A DNA stretch of 64,000 nt from Chitinophagales bacterium. Lineage in GTDB: Bacteria > Bacteroidota > Bacteroidia > Chitinophagales > LD1. The first letter of the stretch is position 1; each line of letters starts with the position of its first letter. The stretch lies in NCBI GenBank assembly GCA_044228435.1, contig JBGAUW010000005.1, forward strand, positions 76,061 to 140,060, in the 5' to 3' direction. The notes under the pieces were generated by a model, which saw only the letters and a program-made list of their open reading frames with translations, made no database searches and was not told the DNA's origin. Below are positions 54,201 through 62,860 of the stretch, piece by piece. Made by a program: the position numbers and the translations under genes.

Positions 54201-55483
54201 TTTTCAAAATTATCAAAATCATAATGGTTGTTTGCATCATACTCCGCAGTTTTTATCAGCTTAAGCTGGGTAGCGGCAGTATTCTTATTCAGGTTAAACA
54301 TTCTAAAGCCTTGCAAGCCATCGGCTATTATCTGGTTTTCAGTGCGAGCAGCATTATAAACTCTAAATTCATCTATTCTTCCGTTAAAAGTTTGGCCTGT
54401 TGCATGCACAGAACTACCGATTCGCAATGGTTGGCCGGCAGCCGGCGTTACATTACTACCACCTGCGGTAGTAGTAGAACCAAGTAAGGTTCCATTCACA
54501 TAAATAAGGAATGTTCCACTAGAGCGAACTAACGCAAGGTGATACCACTTATTAGTTTGCGGAGTAAATGACCATGCACCCGCAGCAACACCGCTTATAT
54601 ACAGATTGAGCGAGTTGGTGGCATCCTGGCGGAAAAGAATAGTGTTACCCGACCATTGCCCGCACTCAAAATAAGTGTTGCTGGAGGTAAAACTGGTTCC
54701 GTTCATCCAAAATTCATAAGTAAAGTCACCGGTTCCAAAATTGAATTTAGTATCTGCATTAGAAATTTCGGCATAGCCACCCGAAAGGCTTAAGGCACTA
54801 CCGGTACCTGGTAAACTTGTTTGTGCTATACCCTCGCCCCATGCAGAAGTAGAGGTGTTTGTTCCATCGTAGTTATTCGGGCCCCAGTCTGATACAGTAG
54901 TACCACTTCTTTCTTCAAACGGATAATAAGCTCTTAGATTTGTGGTATTGCTTTCTTTAGTATTTAGGTCAATTTTATTACTTGCCGGTACTGCGGTTGC
55001 TGTAATTACCGGCTGAGTAACCGAAACGTTACTGGCGCTTCTAATTTTTAATACGTGCGAGTTACCGCTTCCACCACCCTGCCAGTTTCCACCCGCACCA
55101 CGGCTGGAAGAAACACGTAAAGTGCCTGTAAAATCGGCCACCCATTCTACCGAAGTATGGGTTCCAATTACACCGGTATTTCCATAAAATCTGGGTATAC
55201 CGCTTTCGCCATCTTTATGCCCTGTAATACGGGTATCAAAAGCCGGACTGGAGTTGGTATTAAAGCGGTATTTAACACCCTCTGTAACCTGAAACAGGGT
55301 ATAAGTGCCGGGTCCAACATTCCACGTGCCATCGGCATCGTTAGTTATAGTCTGCACGGTAGCACCGTAGGCCGTTTCGGTAGAGGTATTATACCATTGG
55401 GCCGAAACCACGCTGCAAGAAAAAATTGCAGCCAGGGCAATAATTGCTCTTAAGGCTTTAAATGAAGAGGAAATTTGTTTCAT
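48260..55483 (-). CDS. giant T9SS-secreted surface protein (LamG/ConA-like, FN3, tandem Cys-bracketed Ig-like modules, T9SS type A CTD)
   Basis: 2407-aa ORF. Signal peptide (AIIALAAIFSCSVVSAQ). Laminin_G_3-like domain at aa ~183-388 (nt 54320-54937: LRAYYPFEE...FTYEFWM...WYHLALV...FNGRIDEFRVYN). FN3-like segments. At least 11 Ig-like modules. C-terminal FIPNPTMDKTNLII...GTYTAVVSAANEVYTKKIVLTK sorting domain. Confidence 0.85.
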   Translation of the reverse strand: MKQISSSFKALRAIIALAAIFSCSVVSAQWYNTSTETAYGATVQTITNDADGTWNVGPGTYTLFQVTEGVKYRFNTNSSPAFDTRITGHKDGESGIPRFYGNTGVIGTHTSVEWVADFTGTLRVSSSRGAGGNWQGGGSGNSHVLKIRSASNVSVTQPVITATAVPASNKIDLNTKESNTTNLRAYYPFEERSGTTVSDWGPNNYDGTNTSTSAWGEGIAQTSLPGTGSALSLSGGYAEISNADTKFNFGTGDFTYEFWMNGTSFTSSNTYFECGQWSGNTILFRQDATNSLNLYISGVAAGAWSFTPQTNKWYHLALVRSSGTFLIYVNGTLLGSTTTAGGSNVTPAAGQPLRIGSSVHATGQTFNGRIDEFRVYNAARTENQIIADGLQGFRMFNLNKNTAATQLKLIKTAEYDANNHYDFDNFENASDEWALRNSVDPSISTAQQFTGAAGLYMPTGWGQNFEGGANVESGMPASYNTDNFPFLSFAYKIPSGTLCNMLINTSAGGWRSITMTQGDFPTSYPYLGTYPQSSSMKPMYADNAWHYKTINLREMIGGNQTVNSIIWHDGGGYSGPTGDFYIDDFVASKYPIYNTNDYADNNTVLNPVIDVAAPATPAAPSVTVTSSTQLDMSWSAVSDNGTTYYYNAQPHDGLGTVGTAGTTNVLYTKGLDANPYQVNETTGAAGSTDGSYQSALTYSDGGLSPNTQYCYQVRARDQAVNSSNAAAPNESAYSSTTCKYTKATCVTSFTATTSTTVCGRIDLAWGGGAWTNVRVRCTTTATDIYTGSASSFAHTGLTAGSTYAYEIYVRNGDALEEPVCLTASTTAPALPTLTTAATPAVVTRVCVSASAQTTVLPYTASTGSATSYSIAWTGLAAQGSTAYTFVAGGGSVSGIVVPAGTAVGTYTGTMTYTNALGCSNTKTLTLTVDAYPDLSPAANASPICESSSAVTLTSSVASVWTVSGNGSFGTATSTTTNNFTPALYSGSAQNVTATITLTNGACVNATRTIRVDNRPLATAGPDQALCNTSNFTMAAINPATGGADPVTGSTGVWSCVGSCGGVTPAPTNTGLTTGVSNGTTSTLRWTVTNATCTHTDDVFLTNDQQNFISGNTTLCDAPLAATYTYTSTPSTSLWSIDASTPGMGTINSSGIFDPTDIAAPTASGPVILKAQNGSCTASLNVTIYNKPSVSTPSGAAICEGISLSLASDITPAGVTWSVTQGPNCTSCLTGTTFTAPNPGATSALYGIDAATGPGCSSTVLFNVDKGLAITGFPSNPMPVCDNSTLTGLSSTPAAFWAVTAGGGFLTNVGFPSLTNDYTPANIATPTQNVSGNIRVTSQNGACVYNFPIRIDNQNTLNTPTTPICESASVVTNAVVGDVNGVTWSTGMGSGLTGSAATANSGNNKNADVTYGSVATPTQNATLTVTATNGVCTAPSVNIQVDNNNSIITTQTPICETGTSFIDGDVDGVVWTATSGSFTSPAQDITLSGVTVVSGQVDVTVTATNGACPPKTTHVFVDDSPNTTSFSTSATSPICASGTSTIGINAATLGTGTFTVTYNLSAPNAATGLTASVALSSGVGSFTTAALSATGTTTITLTSIQNAAGCSATLTTGNTANIVINAAPTVAITGQEDVCEGTSITLTATPSGGAGSATNYKWERSSNGGGTWTIVQNTASATYATSSGLTSGSYLYKVTLTQSGSNCSAVSSNVSANVAQQPYANDASMQADICKGGSATFTATLTGGGTPALLYEWVYSDLTSLANGTPTGHTYTNANTTALTIATDNTTATAGTSSFVLKVYATGTGCNVSFSVSNDLNVYADPTVSAPSPAVQSGICAGGSASAISVTAAGGTGSYSYQWYENTTNSNSGGTLISGATSASYTPAVVAGSRYYYVVVSVVGDGCGTATSATAEVTGSSSTMTASAIVDECVNVGSLDKYYVLVTATGGTAPYTYPGSVYTSPTYEGVYEVSPGTTVNYTVTDNAGCTATTSNVTTPTGHPTSITLTPSTAGVVTSDCWVSNFNKWVTFRDGITNEAIMAVNDNQNNLGLVSVSVYKEATAPVILSDQYVNNGGCGGTSTAMRRHFKVTTTAAPTTGVDVALFFSDQEYIDLKNDAFNSNIPYPNPGYECANDDDVYSFAGLYVTKYSGANEDGDYMNNLAGGIYKVYGDNTTPYLPLTKGEYTGSNTGFQSIYGGSQTHHYVQLTVTEFSEFWLHGSSHGEALPVQMIFFQADAINNSYIRLTWATAIEVNNKGFDVERSIDGQTWTKVSFVEGHNNATTQNNYSYNDMDVTAGIVYYYRLKQVDNDGAFEYTDIVTAKLNGETTFSVKDFIPNPTMDKTNLIITAVKDQEISVVFYNIVGQKVLESNTMVNKGANQLEFSLEKLAAGTYTAVVSAANEVYTKKIVLTK

Positions 55484-55837
55484 AATCGCTTGAGCTAGTT
55501 TGAGAATTATTCTAAATATAAAAACAAAAAATTCTACCCTAAAATACGCAATGCAAAAAATTTTGTCAATTCAAAACTTACAATTACAATGCCCAATTTG
55601 TTAATTTTTAACTAAAAACAGCTAACTACTTGATTATTAGACATCAAATAATCCCTTGTATTTTACCCAAAAAAGCTAACACAACCAACGTGCATGTATT
55701 TTAGTACAGGTATGGATGGTTTTATACTACACCTTTTTAACAAAAAACAAGATGCAGTAAGGGCTGTTTACGTAACCTTTACAAATTAGTTACCTGTATT
55801 GGTAATGTGGTTTAGTTATAGGTAAGGCTTTCAAGTA

Positions 55838-56758
55838 TTAGCTTCTTACAAAGAAAGTATGCTTGTTGCTATTGTAAAATATATACGGTGGTAAGTTAAG
55901 CAGGTACGGGTAAATTTTTTTCAAAACAGGAATATCGTAGTAATAAAAACTTTTTAGAAGTTTAGCAGCGCCGGACAATATAAAGCGATAAGCTTTTTCG
56001 CGTAAAGCGCTTTTTTGTTTAAAGGTTTTAATAAACTTTTCGGCCTCGGCTTGATAAAGCGCTTTTTGGTTTATCGAAATTTGGTTGCCGTGCATTCGAA
56101 ACCCGGCTATTAAAACCATAGCGGTATATAGCTTGTCGTAATAAAAGAACCGTGTCCATAATTCCAAATCAAATGCAATGGTGTTTTGATGTATAAATTT
56201 ACCCGCTTTAACCCACAGCGTGCGGCGCCAAAAGGTACTTTCTTGTTGTATAGAGCTAAAGTCGCCCAGCGCAAAACGCCATTTGCTCCAACGGGCAAAC
56301 TTGGCATGCAGGTTATCGTTTATATAAGCCGGCGAATGGTAAAATTTACTACGCGGGTAGGGTATTTCGTTTACACAAACACCGTCGGCGCTATACCAGG
56401 TTGGGAACCCCATAATCCAATTAGCCGAGGGCACTGAATTAAAAATTTCGGCAATGGCAAAAAGTGCATTATGGTGCAAACAGTCGTCGCTGTTTAACCA
56501 GCCCATTATTTCGCCTGTAGAAACTGCAAACCCTTTATTAAGCGCCTCGGCTGGCCCTGTATCCGCTTCTGTAATTAGTACGCTCACTTTATCACTATAC
56601 TTATTGATAATATTTACGGTGCCATCGGTACTACCCCCATCTACAATAATATATTCCAGCGCAGGGTAGCCTTGTTCTACCACAGATTTTATACACTCCT
56701 CGATATAATCGCGGCTGTTAAAAGAAACTGTTACTATGGTTATTTTAGGAAACTGCAT
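55838..56758 (-). CDS. glycosyltransferase family 2
   Basis: 306-aa ORF. ITIVTVSFNSRDYIEECIKS, IIVDGGSTDGT and WLNSDD motifs. Confidence 0.85.
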   Translation of the reverse strand: MQFPKITIVTVSFNSRDYIEECIKSVVEQGYPALEYIIVDGGSTDGTVNIINKYSDKVSVLITEADTGPAEALNKGFAVSTGEIMGWLNSDDCLHHNALFAIAEIFNSVPSANWIMGFPTWYSADGVCVNEIPYPRSKFYHSPAYINDNLHAKFARWSKWRFALGDFSSIQQESTFWRRTLWVKAGKFIHQNTIAFDLELWTRFFYYDKLYTAMVLIAGFRMHGNQISINQKALYQAEAEKFIKTFKQKSALREKAYRFILSGAAKLLKSFYYYDIPVLKKIYPYLLNLPPYIFYNSNKHTFFVRS

Positions 56759-56759
56759 A

Positions 56760-58691
56760 TCAGTAATCGCACAAAAAATAGCACTGTGTATAATGGTCGA
56801 ATCTAATTACAGGTTTTAACTCGTTTTTATTTTTATAAACCGATCTTAAATAAGGGAGGTTATTGATAAAGAAATACTCCCACATTTTACTTAAAAAATT
56901 ATCCTCGGCAAAAACATAGCTGGTTGAAGCGGTATTAACAGGTAAGGCATTTTTTTGCACCAGTTGCGATGCTGCTATATAAACCTCACAGGTATAAAGC
57001 GGGGCTACGGTAAAAAAGTGTACGAAAAGGTTATCGGCAATTGTTTTACCGGCATCAAACTTTAGCAGTGGCCTGGCCACATCCCAAAGCTCTTTCTTCC
57101 AAAAGGTAGCCGCAGGTGGTAGCCGGCGGGCATTGTTTTTAAGCTGCAGCTTTTCAAATATTGGTTTGTTCCAGCGCCGTGCAGCAGTGGCCCCATACAT
57201 ATATGCAATGCCATTTTGGGTTTGGGGGGTTTCTATACCGGTTACCCACCTTACGTCGGGGTAATTTCGTAATATCCGGTTTACAGCATTAAATGCCTGG
57301 TCGAAAAAAACATCGCCGCTATTAAAGCATACATTGTAAGTACATGCAGCCTTGCTTACCTGGTTGCTAATAACGGTAAAAAGATCTTCATTATCGGCAT
57401 AAGCTATAGCTTCCACGCCGTTATAATCCGTTATATTAGGAGTGTTGTGCTTTTGATATAATACTTTAATAAACAGCTGCGAAGCAACATACTGCTGCCT
57501 GAATACAGAATTTAGGGTGGCCTTCAAACCGTCGGCGCTGCCGGTATATATAATTAGTACCAGTAAGGGTGGATGGCTCTGTACACTATCTATATACGAT
57601 TTAAAAACCAAATCGCGAATAGAATTTATACCGGGGTAAAAAAGACCTATGTCGGGTTTTATAGAATGATCAAATACACTTGCCTGGGCAAATGCATAAA
57701 AATTACCGGGTAGATTTTCTATTACATTTTCTTCGGCACTGCCCAGATCGTTTGCAAAAGAAAATAGCGGGCCATAGCACCTTTTAGAGGAGAGCATAAA
57801 TGTGTTCACACCTTCAGTATCTTTGGTGCCGTGCAAATCCACTATATAGCTATATGCCGAAAGTTGAGGACAAAATTTGTTGAGCGTGGATGGTGTAATT
57901 TCGTACCAGGCATCATATACCGCTTTAGATTGCTCAAATTTTGCAAAGCTGAACGATTTTTCGCCCTGTAATAACGGTGTTTGAAAAAGACCCCGCCTGT
58001 CGGTATTGGCTCCATCCTCTCCAAAGTTAGTGCTAAGGCCAACGCGTGGATAAACGAAATATTTATTAGTTTGAATAAGAAAATGAATGAAGTGCTTCTT
58101 CCAACTGTTGGCCGACCAACCCCGCAGATATGCAGGCGTATAAGCAGGAAGTTCCGGCTTATCATTTTGCTCTAACCATGTTCTGAATTCCTTCCACCAG
58201 TGGGCAAAAAAAAGCTGGCCCCACGATGATGCCACCTGTATAAAGTAAACATCAGTTCCATCCTGCACAGCGCTAAAAGGGAAAAAGTGATTTTCGGCTA
58301 CCTGGTAATTAAATAACGAAATACCGGCTATGTTATCATCGTTTTTATAAAAGTGGGCTGCGCTTACGGCATAGTTATAAAATGCCGGCGATACCAGCAG
58401 ATCGTCTTCCAGCATTATTATACTTCCGTATTGTTGGCTCAAATCGCCGCATTGCAGTATATGTTGCTTAAGGCCAAGGCGCTTATTACTGGTAAGTATT
58501 TTTTTATTGCCAAATTTCCAATCAAAAGCATTGGCAATATTAACCACATCATCGTTGCCCGAGTAATCAATACTTATAATCAAATCAATATTGCCCGGCG
58601 GATAGTGTGCCTTAAGCAATGAGTTAAGCAACCGCTTTAAACTGGCGGTACGATTATAGGCAACCACTACAATAGCTGGGGGCGGGTTCAT
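56760..58691 (-). CDS. two-domain GT-A glycosyltransferase (N-terminal GnT-I/GT13-like, C-terminal GT2-like)
   Basis: 643-aa ORF. N-terminal IVVVAYNRTASLKRLLNSL and MLEDDLLVSPAFYNY (EDD at nt 58401-58409). Second GT-A-like start at LLVLIIYTGSADGLKATLNSVFRQ. Confidence 0.6.
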   Translation of the reverse strand: MNPPPAIVVVAYNRTASLKRLLNSLLKAHYPPGNIDLIISIDYSGNDDVVNIANAFDWKFGNKKILTSNKRLGLKQHILQCGDLSQQYGSIIMLEDDLLVSPAFYNYAVSAAHFYKNDDNIAGISLFNYQVAENHFFPFSAVQDGTDVYFIQVASSWGQLFFAHWWKEFRTWLEQNDKPELPAYTPAYLRGWSANSWKKHFIHFLIQTNKYFVYPRVGLSTNFGEDGANTDRRGLFQTPLLQGEKSFSFAKFEQSKAVYDAWYEITPSTLNKFCPQLSAYSYIVDLHGTKDTEGVNTFMLSSKRCYGPLFSFANDLGSAEENVIENLPGNFYAFAQASVFDHSIKPDIGLFYPGINSIRDLVFKSYIDSVQSHPPLLVLIIYTGSADGLKATLNSVFRQQYVASQLFIKVLYQKHNTPNITDYNGVEAIAYADNEDLFTVISNQVSKAACTYNVCFNSGDVFFDQAFNAVNRILRNYPDVRWVTGIETPQTQNGIAYMYGATAARRWNKPIFEKLQLKNNARRLPPAATFWKKELWDVARPLLKFDAGKTIADNLFVHFFTVAPLYTCEVYIAASQLVQKNALPVNTASTSYVFAEDNFLSKMWEYFFINNLPYLRSVYKNKNELKPVIRFDHYTQCYFLCDY

Positions 58692-58694
58692 TAT

Positions 58695-59801
58695 TTAGGT
58701 TGTCGTGCTTTGGTAAGCAAAAATATTGCCATACAGCCTTTTCAGCTCATCAATAACCGGCTGTTTTTCACGTATAAGCACTTTGCGGCCAGCTCCGGCC
58801 AGCTTAAGCGCCAATGCCAGCTGCTGCGATTCATCCAGGTAAACCGTTCCCTTTTTGTATACAACCTCTTCCATCACTATCGTTTCGCCTTCCGCATGTT
58901 GTCGCATATATTGGTCAAACTGAAACTGTAAATGCTGCGCATTTGCTTTATCGGTTGCTTCGCTAAGTAATAAATTATAACCACTATGGTTGGCAAAAAA
59001 ATTAAGTGCCCGGTTATCGCGGGGCAAGCAGGGGCCGCCAAAACCAAAGCCATAGTTCAAAAATTTTTCGCCAATTCGCGAGTCAGCTCCTATTGCCGCA
59101 AGAATTTTATCGGGTTCAGCACCAGCCTTTATGGCTAAGTCGCCTATACTATTGGCAAATGAAATTTTAGTGGTTAAAAAACAATTAGTAGCCACCTTGC
59201 AAATTTCTGCACTAAGCGGTTTCATCCGGCAAATAGCCGGGGTACTGCGGCACATTTTTTTATAAATCTCTTCTAACCGGTCACCCGCATCTGTATTGGC
59301 TTCGCCTATTAAAATCTGATCGCAATAAATTTGATTTTGCACAATGCTGCCCTGTGCTATAAAACCGGGGTTGTAGCTTACTACATAATTATACGGGGCT
59401 AACTTTTGTTGTAGCTGTTCACAGTATCCGGGCATTACCGTTGCCCCAATTATTAAATGTACAGGGCGCTCTCTTTTACCCAAAGCGGCTAATTGCCCGG
59501 CAACTCTTTCAAGTTGTGTATGGTCGTATGCGCCATCGGGTAGCGAGGGCGTAGCTACCATTATAAAAAGCAAATCAAAATCGGCGCCTGTTACTTTTTC
59601 TATTTGAGTGGTAGCGGTAAAATTTTTCGAAGCCCGTAGCAAATCATTAACCTGCGGCTCGTACGAAAAAAAGGTTTTGGCATTTAGCTGTTCAATATAT
59701 TCTTCCGAAATATCTACCCCGGTAACCTTATACCCCGATCGTTCTAAATTAAGTGCAAAACATAACCCCAGCCGGCCAATCCCCAAAATTCCAATCGTCA
59801 T
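58695..59801 (-). CDS. nucleotide-sugar dehydrogenase (UDP-glucose/GDP-mannose dehydrogenase family)
   Basis: 368-aa ORF. Rossmann IGILGIGRLG and catalytic Cys context GFGGPCLPRD. Shorter than typical Ugd. Confidence 0.8.
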   Translation of the reverse strand: MTIGILGIGRLGLCFALNLERSGYKVTGVDISEEYIEQLNAKTFFSYEPQVNDLLRASKNFTATTQIEKVTGADFDLLFIMVATPSLPDGAYDHTQLERVAGQLAALGKRERPVHLIIGATVMPGYCEQLQQKLAPYNYVVSYNPGFIAQGSIVQNQIYCDQILIGEANTDAGDRLEEIYKKMCRSTPAICRMKPLSAEICKVATNCFLTTKISFANSIGDLAIKAGAEPDKILAAIGADSRIGEKFLNYGFGFGGPCLPRDNRALNFFANHSGYNLLLSEATDKANAQHLQFQFDQYMRQHAEGETIVMEEVVYKKGTVYLDESQQLALALKLAGAGRKVLIREKQPVIDELKRLYGNIFAYQSTTT

Positions 59802-59827
59802 TCAGCAAAGTTTAAAATCGAAGTTAA

Positions 59828-60814
59828 TTATTCAAAGGAATTAAAAACGTGCTCTTCGAATTTTTCATTAGCAAAGCCCCATTCGGCGGTATTAATGCCG
59901 TAGTTTGTTTTATGATGTATGATATGCTGGCCTGCCTGCTGCATTACACTCCAGTCAATGCCGGGGCGTAAGGCTAAAAAGTGAAGGGCTTTTAAAGGAC
60001 CCATAGCTGCCCACCCTTCTTCGTGGTAAATATGATAAGCGCAAAGCGCTGGCGGATAAACCACTTGTTCAATATCCTGCGCTATACAGGCGTTTAAAGC
60101 CATCGAGTCTATATGTATAGAGTATAAATCGAGTTCGGCATAACCTTCTATTTTTAGCCAGTCGGCTTTGCTCATTAGCGTAAAATCGCCACAGGCAACA
60201 TAATCGGTAGATGCCAGCTGGGGCCACATGTTATTAAACCTGTTTAAAACGGGTTTAAGCAAACGTTTAAATTGCGATTTAGGGGTTTCTACCAAACCAT
60301 GCCTAACCATAATGTTTTTGCTGCACCAATCCAGTTGTTGTTCAACCGAAACATTTTCGGGTATATCTTTGGGCACGTCGCAACGATTGCACCTGTAAAA
60401 TTTTCCCGCTTGCAATTTTCTTTCGGCAAGTTCAGCAATAAGAGCATCGTTAAAAAGTAAATCAACGTTGGTACATAAAATAAATTCGGCCCGGGCCCGG
60501 CGTATACCTACGTTTTTTGCCGTCATTTGAAAAAGCGGAATACGCTGCCCGAGTAAATACCGGTTATGGATTTCAGCAGGCACTTCAATATATCTTAGGG
60601 TAAGATAATCGCCTTTTGTTGGTTTAGGCAACACATCTTTTAGCAATACGCCTGTGGGCGGGTTCCATTCTACAAACAAGAGCTCGGCGGGCAGTTTAAA
60701 TTTATTGCACTGGTATATAAGCCCGTTTATAAATAAACGCATCCGGCGGGTCATGTCTCCTCCGTGGTTATCATTTCGGCTGGCTACTACAATAGACAAA
60801 TATGGGCTGTGCAT
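59828..60814 (-). CDS. GT-A-like glycosyltransferase (family unresolved)
   Basis: 328-aa ORF. N-terminal LSIVVASRNDNHGGD and TNVDLLF (DxD-like). Assignment is tentative. Confidence 0.4.
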   Translation of the reverse strand: MHSPYLSIVVASRNDNHGGDMTRRMRLFINGLIYQCNKFKLPAELLFVEWNPPTGVLLKDVLPKPTKGDYLTLRYIEVPAEIHNRYLLGQRIPLFQMTAKNVGIRRARAEFILCTNVDLLFNDALIAELAERKLQAGKFYRCNRCDVPKDIPENVSVEQQLDWCSKNIMVRHGLVETPKSQFKRLLKPVLNRFNNMWPQLASTDYVACGDFTLMSKADWLKIEGYAELDLYSIHIDSMALNACIAQDIEQVVYPPALCAYHIYHEEGWAAMGPLKALHFLALRPGIDWSVMQQAGQHIIHHKTNYGINTAEWGFANEKFEEHVFNSFE

Positions 60815-60869
60815 TAAAACGTGTTATGGGCTAAAATAAATATTTTAGCGTGTATCATTCATATAAAAT

Positions 60870-61574
60870 ATGTCGCAAAAATTTTTCGAAGAAAATAAAT
60901 CATGGTGGAATCTGTTGCCGGGAGGTAAAAAAAGACACCGCGTAGAGCGCTTGTTGCAACATCCCGATTGGTGGTTAAAATTTAGGTACAACAGGTTTAT
61001 TAAATTTTGGAACAAGGATCGTAGCTGGGAGTACGAAAAGTATAGCGCGCTTTTTAAAGATAGAAACGTGCTTGAAATTGGAGGGGGGCTTGGTTACGAT
61101 GGGATTGTTTATTCAAAAACAGCGCGCTCTTATACGTATGCTGAACTAAATGAAACGCAGCTTAGTTTTATAAAACGCATTACCAAATTGTTTGGCGTTA
61201 CCAATGCACATTATGTTTGGATGAAGGATATCTATTACTCATTTCCGCGTAGCTACAATGCTTTTTTTGCGCATGGGGTTTTACACCATGTTCCGTTCGA
61301 AGTAGCCAAAGAAGAGTTTGCCAACATTAATAAGTACCTCGAAAAAGGAACCATTGCTGTGTTTTTAATGTACCCTAAAGAACGCTGGGAGCATTGGGGT
61401 AGCCCATCTTTTGAAAAGTTTGGCGAGTATACGGATGGTGGTTGCCCCTGGAGCGAATATTACGATGAAGAGAAAATTAAAGCCCTAACGGGGCCTGAGT
61501 TTGAGCTGGTTTCGACAAAAAAATGGGGCTGGAAAAATATTGAGTTTGTAAACTTTGAGTTAGTGAAGAAATGA
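60870..61574 (+). CDS. class I SAM-dependent methyltransferase
   Basis: 234-aa ORF with motif I VLEIGGGLGYDG and a downstream acidic loop. Confidence 0.65.
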   Translation: MSQKFFEENKSWWNLLPGGKKRHRVERLLQHPDWWLKFRYNRFIKFWNKDRSWEYEKYSALFKDRNVLEIGGGLGYDGIVYSKTARSYTYAELNETQLSFIKRITKLFGVTNAHYVWMKDIYYSFPRSYNAFFAHGVLHHVPFEVAKEEFANINKYLEKGTIAVFLMYPKERWEHWGSPSFEKFGEYTDGGCPWSEYYDEEKIKALTGPEFELVSTKKWGWKNIEFVNFELVKK

Positions 61575-61606
61575 AATAGGTAGCACACGAAAAGTAGCCA
61601 GCCCCG

Positions 61607-62860
61607 TTACTGTTTTTGAGTTAACGATTGAATATACTCTGCATGTTTCCGCTGTCCTTCTTCATTATAATGCCCATTACCAGCTTCGTAATCGGCAGTG
61701 GTTATTCCTGCCGGCAGGGTGTATGGTAAACTATCAAACAGATGTGGAACCTCAACCGGATAGATTAAACGGCCGTTTCTAATTTCGGGCATAGCTATCA
61801 ATAGAAACTTTGCACCATTACTTTCGCAAATTCGTTCTACTTCCTTCAGTTCATCATTACATACCGGCAAGGTGCTTTTGTATTTTTCAGTTGCTTTCCA
61901 GTAGGCCTCATACTCTACCGGTATAGTTGAAACATGAAAATTAAATTTTGCCATTACTTTCCATAATAAAGTGCCGGTAGCGGTTAAAGAGCAAAACTTA
62001 TCAAACCAATTATGAATGGGAATATGGTAATGCGCCTTTACAAATTGATAAGCCTGTTGTTGATTAGCGAAATAGATGCCGTTGGGGCAAGCAATAAGAT
62101 TACTGGCGTTACACGAATAATGAATAGGCATATAAGGCACTATAGGCCTTTTATAATATTGAATATCGTTACCCATAAAAAAATTAACCACCACATAGTC
62201 GGGTTTTAGTTGAGCAACATATTTTTTTGCTACTGCTAAATACTGAGCAGGGTCGGCACCACTTATGCCCGTATTATAAACTACATACCCTTTAGCCAAA
62301 AGCAAATCAGCAAAGCTGCTGGTTTTGTTTTTTGTACTATGCCCCCAGGTAAAAGAGTCGCCAAGCAGCAATATTTTCTTTTTAGTAGTATGATAGTTTT
62401 TAAACTCTATACCCCGGAAACCATCTGTGTTTAAAGGATATTTTAAATACTGAAGTATAGCCTTTTCAACTTCATCCAGCTGCGCTGTATCTCGCGCACT
62501 AAGGTTTCGTACATAATCAGTAAACGTGTTGCGATAATCAGGATTCTGTATTTCGAGGTAATCGCGGTCCAGCCCGTAAAATTCAAGCGAAATATTCTTT
62601 AAAAAATTAGGCGGCACATTTTTAAAGGTAAATGAATCGAGCCGGTTATGCAGATACACTGCCACATCGGGATCGGTTTTAAATATACCATCGCTATCGG
62701 CATAAAACCCCTTATTGGCAATAAGAGTATCTACTTCATTAAACCATTGGCTATAGGTATGCACACCAGGAATTATATGCACATATTTACGCAGTACTAC
62801 TTCGCAGGCCAACGCCAGTATAAGTAAAGTGCCAATCAACAAAGCTAACTTACTTTTCAT
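61607..62860 (-). CDS. membrane-anchored SGNH/GDSL-like protein
   Basis: 417-aa ORF. N-terminal anchor (LALLIGTLLILALA), block-I-like LLLGDSFTWGHS, C-terminal GNGHYNEEGQRKHAEYI. Overlaps the upstream HTTM gene by 11 nt. Confidence 0.5.
   Translation of the reverse strand: MKSKLALLIGTLLILALACEVVLRKYVHIIPGVHTYSQWFNEVDTLIANKGFYADSDGIFKTDPDVAVYLHNRLDSFTFKNVPPNFLKNISLEFYGLDRDYLEIQNPDYRNTFTDYVRNLSARDTAQLDEVEKAILQYLKYPLNTDGFRGIEFKNYHTTKKKILLLGDSFTWGHSTKNKTSSFADLLLAKGYVVYNTGISGADPAQYLAVAKKYVAQLKPDYVVVNFFMGNDIQYYKRPIVPYMPIHYSCNASNLIACPNGIYFANQQQAYQFVKAHYHIPIHNWFDKFCSLTATGTLLWKVMAKFNFHVSTIPVEYEAYWKATEKYKSTLPVCNDELKEVERICESNGAKFLLIAMPEIRNGRLIYPVEVPHLFDSLPYTLPAGITTADYEAGNGHYNEEGQRKHAEYIQSLTQKQ

Noticed and set aside
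55484-55837. Phase-variable invertible promoter upstream of the giant adhesin gene
   Set aside because: I looked for flanking inverted repeats of 8 bp or more and found only 5-6-bp AT-rich palindromes and an 8-bp ttacgtaa palindrome. There is no recombinase gene nearby, and I found no exact TAnnTTTG box in the adhesin sense.
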